Assembly (NCBI GenBank): GCA_016748015.1
Contig: JAAOMT010000128.1
Span: 2,177,538 to 2,241,537, forward strand
Direction of reading: 5' to 3'
Length of the DNA: 64,000 bases
From: Geosiphon pyriformis uo1
Taxonomy: Eukaryota > Fungi > Glomeromycota
How positions within the stretch are numbered: the first letter of the stretch is position 1; each line of letters begins with the position of its first letter. The translations under genes and the position numbers were made by a program. The notes below the pieces were generated by a model. That model did no database searches and was not told the origin of the DNA. It saw only the letters and a list, made by a program, of their open reading frames with translations. Positions 14,469-25,985 of the stretch are shown piece by piece.

Positions 14469-15240
14469 TTATATTATTATAAGAAAAGAATTTAATATTA
14501 AAAAAATTATTTTTGTACATATTTTACATTAAAAGACTATAAAAAAACATAATTTTATTACTTTTGCTTATAAAGCTAATAACTTTTTTAAATTAATAAA
14601 GATTAATAATTTTAAAAAAATTAAAAATAGCTAATTTATTTAAAAAAGTAATATAATATTAAAAAAATAAAATTACAGTTTTTTTATATTTTAACATCAC
14701 AAAAATTTTTTTATTTATATTTATCATAAACAATTTAATAGTTTGACAAATATAATTTAACTAAAATCTAATTATATACAACTTTATTATTAGATAATAA
14801 ACATTTAAAACAATTAAAACTATTTTAGATTGACAAAAAAACAAATTTTATACTTTTATTTTATTAATATAACAATTAAAATAATTAATTTTTTTAATAA
14901 ATTTAATAAGAAAAAAAATACAACAAATAATTTTTATTTGCAAAAAAATATTTTAAAATTTTATTTGGTAAAGTTAATAATATAAAAAATTTAAAAAATT
15001 TAAAAAATTAAACTATTGCAAGTATAACAAAAAATAAAATAATTGTTGATTTAAATATTTTATTTACATATATTAAACAAAAGATTGTGATAAAACAGTT
15101 GAAAAAAGAAATACTTAAATTAATTTCTTAATTTTAATAATATTAATTATTATTAATATTTTTTAATTATTTTTTATTGATTTTCATTATATAAGAACAA
15201 TACATTTAATAGCTATAACATTTTTGTCTAATTGTTGATT
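14469..15240. other. Extremely AT-rich eroded DNA (right flank of LINE)
   Basis: Very few G/C, no ORFs. Confidence 0.8.
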
Positions 15241-15259
15241 AATTATTCGTGCATGAAAA

Positions 15260-16740
15260 CGCTTTAAACCGAATATAAACTTAATCCGAACTTCCATCAA
15301 CCTCGGAGTGACCATTGCTGAGGGCTATTTCATATCTGTCCACTACAGCACCGCAATTCCGATAGTTGCACACGTCAGACCATGCAACGCTGTTTACATT
15401 ACCACACCAGTTTCGTTACAAGTTTTGGATGATAAATTGAACTCCTAGGCCTTGGCGATCAGGCGTTGACGGTAAGTCTTTCGCTTAATTTTTCTTTCTT
15501 ACGACTTGTGACCCCTCAAACAGCGGGATGACGATTGTATCAAATTGTGAGTGAAGAACACGATCACTTTTCTGTAAATTTCACTCTGCAAACCCATAAT
15601 TCTTCGTTTGATGCGCGAGAATGTTTTGTCGAGTCGCTGGAACTTGGGTTTCTTACGCTTTGAAGTAGAAAAGATGAGTTTGACTTTTTTTGAAATGAGT
15701 TCATCCATATATTTGCACAGGCGAATAATTCGTCCGACATCAGCAGAGCCTATTATGCCACTCTTAGAGGGGGGAATATCAAGTGAAAGGTGTACAAATG
15801 CCAGGATCAATAGAGACTGCATGGATGGAGCGTTTCGCGGACTTTTTTTTTGCATCTCTTTTATTTGTTGTGAATATATAGTTTTGAAATGGAAAAAGCT
15901 GTGTACGCTTTTATCTAAGAAAAAAGGGTTTAAAATTAAAAATCCAGTTTTTAAAAATTTTTTCAACTAAAATCTTTAGCCTGTGTCCATGTACATAGAC
16001 ATGCACTGACGAAGTGTGCAGATGCGAGACATAAAACAAATTTGAGAATGTCGAAATGCGAATTGTAATTGTCTGAGGCAATAATTTACGCAACTGGATA
16101 GAAAGATGTATGCTGACACATGTTGTTGCTGTGTATAATTTCTCTCGTGATGTCAGAACGTGATCAAAATTTTTATCAGTTATATTGGTAGGAGCCGAAC
16201 TTAAGCAACCCCATACTAGAATGCCGAGACGGACGACGCCTTTACAAAACTGTCGCTCGCCACATATAGCTAGAACATCATCAAAAAGTAGACGCTTCTG
16301 TTGAAACTTCATACGCTTCAGCCATTTATTTTCCATGATAAATTTTTGCTTCAACACACCACAACACCTTTGTTCCATCTCACCACAATAATCAAACCCA
16401 TCCCTTAAGGGCTAAGAAAGCATACTCATCGGATGTTTAATCGTTGAAGAGAACCACGAGTTTTGCAGAATGTATCGAAGAAGGTCGAAGGTAAGCGGCA
16501 CAGACGACCAAGGTAACCACAACTTTTGAGACCACTCTGCGACTTGCTCTTTCCAATAGGGCCTTAAGTCCGAGTCGTTTGAAGTGACGCCTGAGTCAAT
16601 ATCGAGAAGTTCATAGGTTGAAAATCGTGAAAGGAGGAGCTCTTTTTGCTTGGAAACCGTTCTTGGGAGCGAAGGTGTGGCGACGGTGCCAATGGCTACA
16701 TTCTGGGGAGTTAGTTCGTGGAAAAAAGGAGGTGATAAAA
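15260..16740 (-). mobile_element. IS607-type TnpA/Fanzor2 element, copy 3 (diverged subfamily, degenerate)
   Basis: Minus strand TnpA: GHRR, SRFSTYEL, DIDSGV.FKRLGLKALLERAS, KVVV..RLCR.TFDLLRYI..KLVVL (~16440-16690). Fanzor: SAPTNITDK, QTITIR, FYVSHLH, VHAVSIDPGICTPF, GRIIRLCKYMDELISKK, TIVIPLFE, YRQRLIAKA, SKTC..CG, RNCGAVVDRYE. Confidence 0.8.
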
Positions 16741-16894
16741 AAATTCTCTGAAATAATGATTATCAATAAAAATACTAATCGGTAACTTAATGCTTATCAG
16801 GTTCAGAATCGCTAAAATAAATACCTACTTCCCACTTTCTTGAGCTAGCTTCTCAAAATGTTAATATCACTACCGCCACTCTGTTACCAACACA

Positions 16895-17360
16895 GATTAC
16901 TTCTACGCCCATGTCTCTGGTGCAAAGCAAAAAGAGGATTTCGAGCGGCAAAAGCAACTCCTCGATTTTCAACCTACTCCAGCGATGTCGGGCAGGTATC
17001 AATTACAAACGATCAGGGCTTAAGACTCTATTGGAATGAACCCACCGTGATAGACTTTTTCCATTTGCCTTCGACTTCTTCAATATATCTTTTTCGTTTA
17101 TTCCGTACAACTCGTGATTCTTTTCGACAATGCGACCTCCGATAAGCATAAACTCTTACAAGACATCTCGCCATTAACACAGTCTTTATCTGCCGCGTAC
17201 AGGGAATGAGAGCTTCTTGTAATCTAAGAGAGTGTCAGAACAGGCGAAAAGCGCAAAGAAAAAACGACAGTAGCTCATCGCAAACGTCAGAAGATGGAAG
17301 ATACTCTCAATCGTACACTATTAATCAATGTGTATTTGAACCATCCTCAAGCAGCTCTTG
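16895..17360 (+). pseudogene. tnpA: IS607-family serine recombinase (TnpA) remnant
   Basis: YAHVSGAKQKEDFERQ at 16904 (cf. YARVSS.KQ..DL.RQ), SDVG(S)GINYKRSGLKTLLE, HRDRL..FAFD, QDI.AINTVFICRVQG.R. Frameshifts and deletions. Confidence 0.85.
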
Positions 17361-18649
17361 AAGCAGTGGATGGGCTTGACAAGATTTGCCTACAATATTG
17401 TTGTCTAATGGAGTCGATATCGCCGCTTTTATACAAAAATTCTCATTTGGGTAATTAGGCTTGGGTAAAGCCTCAATCCATCAAAGATAAACTTAAGCTT
17501 TATACAAATATTTGGGGAGGAAAAGACGCTAATGAACACGAAGACAAGAAACTCCAAAAAGCTGCAATATGGGGCGAGCGCAAGTTCATGCGAACTGCTG
17601 TATGTTTCGTAATATTGCTTCAGGATATGCGAGCAAAGCGCCTGCGAATATAATTGATGAAGCATTGGTTGCTACGGAAGAAGTAGTTAAGGTAATGTTA
17701 ATTGGCAAAGTCTATCAGCACACTCTATTTCGATCTCGAAAAGATCTGCGGCAAACAACCACAATTCGTGAACAGAATTTTTCGGACCACATAGAATCGT
17801 TTCTATGTCACTTTCCGTTGATGCTTAATACACATCTTTATAAACCTACCACCATTCTGGATAATGATAAGCGTGTTTTGTGGCCTCCTCATTTCGAAAA
17901 AAAGAGGCCTAATAATAGGTGGCCCGTTTTTACAAGATAATGCCGGATGCCAGGCTTACATCCTATCCCAAAACTAACGAGTGGAAGATTGCCTGGGTAT
18001 ACGAGACTCTGCGAAACCAAAGCAGATGGCTCTGTTCATGCAGTCTCCATTGATCCTGGCATCCGTACACCCTTTGCATGGTACTCTCCCATAAAAAGTG
18101 TAGGTAAGATTAACATTCTATTGGACGTATAGTCCGTATTTGCAAGTACTTGGATGATCTCATCTGCAAAAAGGATAAGTTCGTAGCATCCTCCTCAAAA
18201 CATAAAAATAAAATGGCCTAACGACTCGATAAGGCGATTTTTTGGATGTGGCAAAAAGACTTACATCGGCAAAGTGAAATTTACTGGAAATCAGTTAGAT
18301 TCTTTATCGCAAATTCGATGCTATTGTTATTCCTCCTTTTGAAGTGTCGGACATAGTGAATCGCAAATCGAGAAAGATTATAAGAAAAACTGTCCTGAAA
18401 TGCTTTGTTGGGGATATTATCGCTTTCGACAATGCCTGATCACCAAGGCCGAATATTTGAGGGTTCATATTATTATCCACAACGGGGCTTAGACATCCAA
18501 GACTTGTAGTAAATGTGGTACATCCAAAGAATCGGAGGGTCCGAAATGTACAATTGCCGGAATTGTGGGATTGTGACAGATGGAGATGAAAATGGTGCTC
18601 GAGGATCTTCCTCTGGGCATTGCTTGATGAAGCCTTGATTCTACAGTGA
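17294..18649 (+). pseudogene. tnpB: Fanzor2 / IS607 TnpB-like RNA-guided RuvC nuclease remnant
   Basis: RTLLINVY..LKQWMGLTRFAYN; RuvC-I SIDPGIRTPF (D at 18052); AIVIPPF with Pro at the canonical RuvC-II Glu position; TSKTCSKCG...CRNCG zinc finger; RuvC-III DGDENGAR. Multiple stops and frameshifts. Confidence 0.88.
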
Positions 18650-18711
18650 CCATGGAAATAATAGGCTTTACATAGCAATGCTTAGTATTGCTTATTATTG
18701 ATGTGTTACAA
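18620..18711 (+). ncRNA. Candidate omega-RNA scaffold / structured right end of the Fanzor element
   Basis: Conserved in copies 1, 2 and 5. Nested stems AATAATAG(18657-64)/TTATTATT(18692-99) and GCAATGC(18675-81)-TTA-GTATTGC(18685-91). Located at the element 3' end, where TnpB/Fanzor omega-RNAs are encoded. Confidence 0.55.
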
Positions 18712-19327
18712 TCCCATCCTTTATCAAGGTGAATCTCCTAAAGAGTGAATAATAACGTGAATTGATTTATAAAATATTTTATCATTTGAAACTGTTGTCT
18801 TTGTTAGTTCCCATATTGCAATGGTGTTATTGTTCTATTATCATTTTTGCCATTATTAAATTTCTGTGAGACTGGTTTCAAGAAATTTTGAAGTTTATTG
18901 TCACATTATTATTGTTACATAGGACTACACTATCGAAAGGTTACTTTTGTCAATCAAATATCAAATATTTGGGGAATGTTTTTACTATTAATTCTTTTGC
19001 AATTTCCGCATTTAGCAATTATGAAAAATGGTTGGCCATCATTTCCATATATTTTATCACCTAAAATTAAAAACCTGATGAAAACGATAATATATAGATT
19101 AACAAATGATTAACCACAATAGTCAAGCTTTTTAAAAGCTAACCTTTTTGAAAGCTCGGGCCGACCTTAACAGCGAACTTGAAACGTCCTTCCCGTATCA
19201 GGGAAGTGAGCATTGATAAAAATAGTATGACTCCTATCAATAGCTAAAATGGTAACTATCATTTCAGGTGGAGTTTACCGTTCACACCTTTGATTAAAAA
19301 TTTTCAAATTTCCGTCTTATATTCACG

Positions 19328-21441
19328 ATGAACCAAGAAAATATCGATTCGAATTTTACTTTGGAAAATGCTAATTCAAAATTTGAGAAATTTCAACTTC
19401 CTGTGTCTCCTTCACGTACACCCTTGCCACCTTCCCCAACAAACGATTATAGGCGTGATTATTTCGCTCTGGATCACGACTATGATAAAGATCAGCATCT
19501 TGAAGAAAAACTGGAAATTGCTCAGTTGCATATGATTGAGAATGAAACTATTCCCCACAAAGAAGTTGAGGTTAGCCATACTCCCAGAAGAAAATTAAGC
19601 AAAAGCGTTTCATTTCAAGATATCAATGAAATGACGTCATTTCTTAATGATGATATTGATTATGGAAATGAGAATACAATCAAGTCTGCGTTGAGTGAGA
19701 CTTTTTACCACAATTATATTCCAAATGGACCGATTATTCCCATCTTGAAACAAAATATCTCATCACCTAGACCCGAGGGAAACAGACCACTCATTTTGGA
19801 TACGAAATTTTCGCTAATTCAATCCCAAAATTTTAATTCTCCTAATCAGAATCCAAACGTCAACGCTCCAATTTCACAAGAACCACTTTCTATCGCTAAT
19901 GTTAACAAACTGCATGAAAATAATTACTTTGTTGAATCTCCAACTTCATTATCTTCTAAAGTGCGCCGGTCATCATTGAATAATAATATCTCAGATTTAA
20001 ATTCCACAGAAGATAACACCAGCGTGTTTTTGAGATTTAGTCAGACACCAGTGGCAAAACCTATCAACTTCTACCCAATAAATGGTAATTATTCTGACAA
20101 GTCTAAAACCTTGATTGGTTCAACGATGCCACCGACAAATATCACTAAACGTCGTAATCAACGGGATCACGGTGAATCGTCATTTCTCAATCCGCAATTT
20201 AAGCTCAACACAAGTAAAAGAAAGAACAAAGATTTTTTTGAGGTACCCCGAAATGGGTTTCCTACCTCGCTTGGAATTATAGCGGTCGTTTTAATTTTGG
20301 CTATTGGTAGTACACTTTATTTATCGTCATTTCATAGGCCGGTAAGAATCTTTTTTGTACTTTTCCAATGATACATTGCTTTGCATTTTTTTAATGATGT
20401 TTTATGTTCACAGGAATTACCGTCTGAAGTAAGTATTTTTTGGGCAGTTTTTTTTTAAAGGTGAAGCTTAATAAAAATTTTTTTTTGTTCACTTGTAGCA
20501 AGCTCGGATTCGGCCAATCTTCAAAGAAATTGCCAACGATACAATCAATCTCGCAGTTAAATTGGCAGAGGCCGATATTCCAGGTTAACTTTCGAAATCT
20601 CTGTGTATTTGCCATATTTTGAATGGTTTACATGATTAAAATTGCTTTAACCATAGCCTCCGCCCAGATTTTTGATCTTCGTTCTTCTTGTCATATCCTT
20701 CGGGATACCATTAAAACGCATAAAGCTCTCTTGCACCAAGCGTCGCTCACATCTTACCTTGACTCATTAGGAGAGCTCACCTCGGTTGCTGGAGATAAAC
20801 TCGCCGCGTTTCAAGTGAAAGGGAATGCCTTCTTCACTTATCTTTCTGATAACCTCACCAATCTCAAAAGTTTTGTACCTCTCGGAGAGACCTTGAAATG
20901 TGGTGTTAATACGGTGACATTAGAAGCTCAATTAAGAAATTTTATCAAAGAACTTGATATTTTGGAGCAAGCTCTTAAGGAAACCTTGAAAACAATTGAT
21001 TCAGCCTTATTAAAATATGGGGAAGTTGTTGTGGAAATCAAGCCTCACGATCTTACAAGCCAACAGAATCTGCACCCAATCGAGATGGTTAAAATTTATA
21101 TCAACCAACTCTATACCATGACGAAAAATATGAATTTTGCCACTCGGATGAATTATATTGATGAAATTAAAGGTCGAATCGAAAAGTTGGAAAATTCCAG
21201 GATTGATTTGAATGAGGTGGCACAAGAAGTCGAGAAAGTCCTAAGAGATTCCCATGCGCGTCAGGATGGTTTAAAGCACATGTGTAGCCATTTCATTGGG
21301 AGCCCTGAAGATATCAAGGTGTTATATAAGGCAAAAGAAGTGGTCGACACACAAAGTTTAAGTTTTGGAGAAAAGCAAACAAAAAAGCAAGGGGAGTTAA
21401 AGAAAATTAGGAATGGTAGATGGTGGGAAAGTTGGTGGTAA
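19328..21441 (+). CDS. Uncharacterised single-pass membrane protein with C-terminal helical/coiled-coil region; exons 19328-20341, 20414-20428, 20499-20583, 20657-21441 (~632 aa)
   Basis: Four exons join in frame via GT-AG introns. S/P/N-rich N-terminus, TM segment LGIIAVVLILAIGSTLYL, heptad-like C-terminal half, ends RWWESWW. Confidence 0.75.
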
Positions 21442-21804
21442 AATTAAGAACTTTATTTATTGCCCTTTATAAATTTCGCCGAACTTTATTTTAAATATTA
21501 GTTTTAATGAGAATTTCCTAATTTGGTTAAGGCCATTTTTTTGTCAGATTAAAATTTGTTATTTTGTTTGAAGTGCCGCGGACGAGAAAATTTAAAATTA
21601 TTTTTGCAGAAGACCAAGATTAGCCAAATTATTGACATTTTTATCAATGACCAAACACTGTATTTTTTGCTTCAATAAAATGATCGTTAACCTAAAAATC
21701 AATAAAAGGTATAATCATAGGGGTTTAAAAGTCAGTAAGTTACGGTATTTAGGCAATCTAAAAATCTCACATGATTTGTTAAGTAGCGTAAATTGCCCAC
21801 CGAT

Positions 21805-22102
21805 GTTAATCAGCCGCTTATTAGGTTCAGAATCGCGAAGATAAACACCCCACTTTTCTCTTCCTATCTCCCTTTAGCTTCTCTACACCCGTGTATCTAT
21901 TGTAAAACAAAAAGAAGCTCTCGAGCGACAAAATTAACTCCTCCTCTCTCGATTTTCGACCTACGAACTGCAGCTATATCGGGTCAGGTAGTCAATGTGG
22001 CAATATCCAAAGAATCGAAGGGTTCGAAATGTACAACTCCGAAATTGTGTTTTGTGATAGAGATGAAAATGGCGCTTGATGGATCTTCCTCTGGGTGTTA
22101 CA
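21805..22102 (+). mobile_element. Non-autonomous deletion derivative of the IS607/Fanzor element (copy 4)
   Basis: Left-end sequence, then TnpA YTRVS..KQKEALERQ...IGSG fused at ~21987 to Fanzor SQCGNIQRIEGS...DRDENGA, then the terminal TGTTACA. Confidence 0.8.
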
Positions 22103-22589
22103 TAATGGAAATCAGCAGTTTCGACTTTATTGGAATATTTTAATACCTGATATCCAGATATTTCATTTTCGTGTAAAAGGCTGATATTTTACATCGATCA
22201 TGGTCTTGTTTAAAAGGGAATTTATGTTAACTTGCAAACCAATATAATGGAGATTTTTTTACCAATTAGAAATAGTAGCTTGGAATAATTATTTTCGGAA
22301 TAATCTTTTGTACGACACAATAGCGATTTTAATTGAAAAACTGAAAATTTATATTGTTGATAAAATAATAATCTTCATAACTTGTTTCAAGTACTCTTTT
22401 AATTTTGACTGTCACTTTTCTCTAAACTCTTTGAATCTTTTTATACAAAAAAAAAAGATTTATTTTTACTTGCCACTTTACTTTTTCACTGGGGATATCT
22501 TAACTTTAGAAATTGGAAAAAATTCTCTTTTATTGCATTTGATACACCGGTTAAACCATTCCAGCTTCACAAAGGCTACAAAGGGCAAG

Positions 22590-23802
22590 ATGAACATGAA
22601 TCAATATTGCTCAATAGATCTTTAAATTGGAGGTTGCGTTTTTTAAGAGACGAGAACTTTTTTTCCCAACCAATTAATATCTCATCAAAAACCGTCGTCG
22701 TATCATCAGAACGTCAAACCAACCATCATGTCAAAAAGTCAGATTTTTCTGAGACAGCTCGGAAAAAGAAAATTGACTGAACTAAGAATGTTAGCCGAAA
22801 TGGCATCATTTGCACAACGCGCAGCGTGTTTGAATTTGAAAAACTGATTGAATAGTGATATTTATGGTGGATATTTTGCAACTCAAAAATTTGTCATAAT
22901 GCAAATAGAATTTTGGGCAAACTTCAACTTAAATTATGCTCATTTTAGCTCGAGTCTCTAAAGTATCAGGGATTACTGAAAAAATTATAATATCTTTCAA
23001 AAGCCTTGATATTCAAAAAAAAAAGCTGGGAAACGCGGAAAAATATGCTTGTACCAATTAAGCTGGATAATTCCTCAATCCGAAATAAGCTGTTGGATCA
23101 AATTTTCTATTTTAAATGGAAAAGAGAGGGGGCAGCTCTGCTCAAGCAACTACAGAAATATCTAACTGATTATGATAATTTATCTCGTACATCAGATGAC
23201 AAAGTTATCTTTTCATTTACTGGCTTTGCCGTTAGCGGTAAATGTTCCTTCATATCAGGCACATGAATTTGCCGAGATATTTTTGCAGCATATAAGTTTC
23301 TTAATAAGCTAATTTAAAATTTCAATTCTATAGTTTACGCAATTTCGCAGCATTGGAGCATGCAATCAGAACTAACACTGTAACTATTGTGATTACATTT
23401 GGCCAACCGCGGTTTGGGAATACTGCACTGGCCGAATTCATACCTCAGGTTTAATGGATACATAAATGTTGAGACAGAATATTAGATACCTGAGCAGCAC
23501 CAATGTAATTGTACCCAACCTGTGAATTCAGAATCTTCCAAAGTACCGTACCCTGAGGTTTATATATGCCCACAAATTGGAATTTGGGAAAATATGGTAC
23601 GTTTTATAAAATTTCAGTTCAATAATCAGTGCTATGATGAATTCGAACAGAAATATAATTTTTTCTGTTCAAATCTGAAATCCAGCTTTGCAATGCTCAA
23701 TATCATGTCACCAACAGTGGCGTCGTGCAATCGAAAAAATTTAGAGAAAAGGTCGATAATTATAACGGTCCATATTTTGGGTTGGTTTTTTGCGTATCTT
23801 AA
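22590..23802 (+). pseudogene. Class-3 lipase-like paralog L1 (pseudogene)
   Basis: MASFAQRAACL followed by an in-frame stop; GFAVS at the nucleophile elbow; TFGQPRFGN; deletion of the RVT..D.P segment; final exon NGPYFG. Confidence 0.75.
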
Positions 23803-24093
23803 TCTAAGCTCAACTACTTGTTCTTTTGAATGCTATTATCTTATAATTTTTTTAAATTAATTAGGACCTGAGGCAATTTTTTGTTTCTAAAGAAAACAAA
23901 AATTTCTTTTTTAAGTATTGTGCAATAGAGATATCTATGTAATCCCCCTCTGGTTTTTTTTAATGAAGCATGTTTTGAGATCGTTTGAACTATTGAAAGC
24001 TGCTCAAAAAAGTAAATGGTCGACAGGTTCACATGAACAGAAATAACCCTTGGAACTACTAAGATTTTGGACTGTTTAAATGTCCAATTTTAC

Positions 24094-25474
24094 TCAATAT
24101 TTCGATGCAGATTCTTTTGGACATTGCCCTAGCAAAAACCCAAAATATGGACCCATATGATTTTCCTTAATATAGATTATACTATTATGAATAAATTTCC
24201 GATATTTTGCATTACATTCCTATCGAAATAAAAATATCATAAAAGAGGAATTCCAAAATTAAGGTAATAAAAATCAAAGAAAAATTCTAAAGAACTTACT
24301 GGATTTTCGGCAAAATTTTCTTTGCTGGGACAAATGTATATTTCTGGAAAATTTCCTGTGATCTCTGGGGGACTGATATCGTCCATAGAATTTACAAAAC
24401 ATTCACAATTTTCTTGTTTTGGAATCCAAAATTCAGTTCCCACATGACTATATAGATTTGACTTTGGGAACGCTGGAATAATGTCATCAAAATGGGTTAC
24501 TCGATAAACTTCTAATTTAATATTAACTAATGAAGCAAAAATTTGATTTCCTATTTTTGGTTGACCGAATGTGACTACTATTGGTTTTTCTGCAGACATA
24601 GAGGTAAGGGCGAGGGCTGCAAATATTGCAAGAGCTGTAACCATGCTAATGTGTCAATACTTAAAGTGAAAAAATTTGTAAATTCAAAGGAGCCACCTGA
24701 ATGTAAAATTAAACATTAATTACCACTACTACCCCCAAACCCAGTAAACGTTAGTTTGGGTTTTCCGTCGGGAAATGGGCTTCCAATATAAAATGGTAAA
24801 AGATTTCTCAATACTTTTCCTTTAACTTTAATCCAGTTCAGGTAATAAATTTCGTCAACTTGAGCACCTAGAAGCGATTTTTCATAAGGGACTAGGATTG
24901 CTTTTCTCAAAGCCCAAGCTTTGTAATGAATTTCGAGTGTTTTAAACGCAATCGTGATTTCTAATTGAGAATTTGGAGTATTTGGTGGTGGTGTTTGTTT
25001 TTGAAAAGTCCATGCTTTTGCTGTTAATATGAGGATAATTTTTTTTTTAAATTTTTATCAAGTTATTCAAAATTTATGTATATAGTTTAGAAATTTAATA
25101 GATTGATGCCAACCCCAGACATATTTTTCCAAGTGATAGACTCTCTCTTTGAGGCAGGCTGCTTCCCTTGCAAAAAATGCTGCCGAAGCCATTATGTCTA
25201 AACGTACTGGATCGGTAAACTTTATTTTTGTGAATTGTGAAACATGTTTCTCATCAAGTTGGCTCATATCAATATGTCTTGGGCTCAAATTCGATAATCC
25301 GTTTGAGTTAAGTACCAATTTATTAAGCATGGGAGTGTATTTTATGACGCTCAACTGAATCACTTCATAAAAGATAAGACTCAGAACGCAAAGCTTTCCC
25401 ATATCTCTGGAGATTTTTTTGAAATAACAGGTAGTTGGCAACAGAAAAAATTCTTTTAAAAATTTTAAAATCAT
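24094..25474 (-). CDS. Class-3 lipase-like paralog L2 (4 exons; elbow GFGGSS, no nucleophile Ser)
   Basis: FAREAACL, TFGQPKIGN, YRVTHFDDIIP, HVGTEFWI, C.C, ENP|, ECN..HMGPYFG..GQC. GT-AG introns, frames open. Confidence 0.85.
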
Positions 25475-25985
25475 TTTGCATCCAAGTAATTTTCAAATTT
25501 GTTTTAACAAGAATTAAGTAGCTTTTTTTTAAGATTTTTCATATTTATTTATTTTTGTGGTTGGAAAGAATTTCCTATCTGATAGAAATTCAGATATGCA
25601 TTATGAGATTATACACTAAGGCCGTGATAGATAATGCAAACAACAAAATAGCGACTTTAAAACCTGATTAGAAATTAGCTCGTAAAACTAATCTTTTCAG
25701 ATGAAAATGATTTATTTTCTTAGCCTCGAAGAGGTATAAATTGTTCTCGGTTTGAATTATTTAATTGAGAAGTTTTTATATAAAAAAACTGTCAAATCTG
25801 TACACATATATTTTGGTTTTTTTTTAAAAAAGTTAAAAACTTAAATAATAATGGTTAAAAATAATATTTAACAACGAATAAAAGTTCTCGCTAAGGTTTT
25901 GAAAAAAACGTCAAGCTAGAATTATTTTGTAAAATTAAAAATTGGGATGTTAAATTAACATTATTGAGCCATCAAGAAAGACTTC

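Larger units (their letters stand above)
16752..18711 (+). mobile_element. IS607-type TnpA/Fanzor2 element, copy 2 (both ends present, degenerate)
   Basis: Left end shared with 21805+ and 57768-; right end shared with 1245- and 57425-. Contains overlapping TnpA and Fanzor remnants. Confidence 0.9.

Noticed and set aside
7695-14487. Possible LINE target-site duplication (AATTATATTAAAATAA at 7695 vs AATTATATTATTATAA at 14467)
   Set aside because: Imperfect and in near-pure AT sequence, so a chance match is likely.
16392-16410. Resemblance to the putative guide flank of copy 2 (CCCATCC.TT)
   Set aside because: Too short and gapped to call a target site.
16760-16780. Weak inverted similarity between the left end (ATCAATAAAAATACTAA) and right end of the IS607 element as TIRs
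   Set aside because: AT-rich and gapped. IS607 elements are not expected to have true TIRs; may be TnpA binding motifs but cannot be supported from these few copies.
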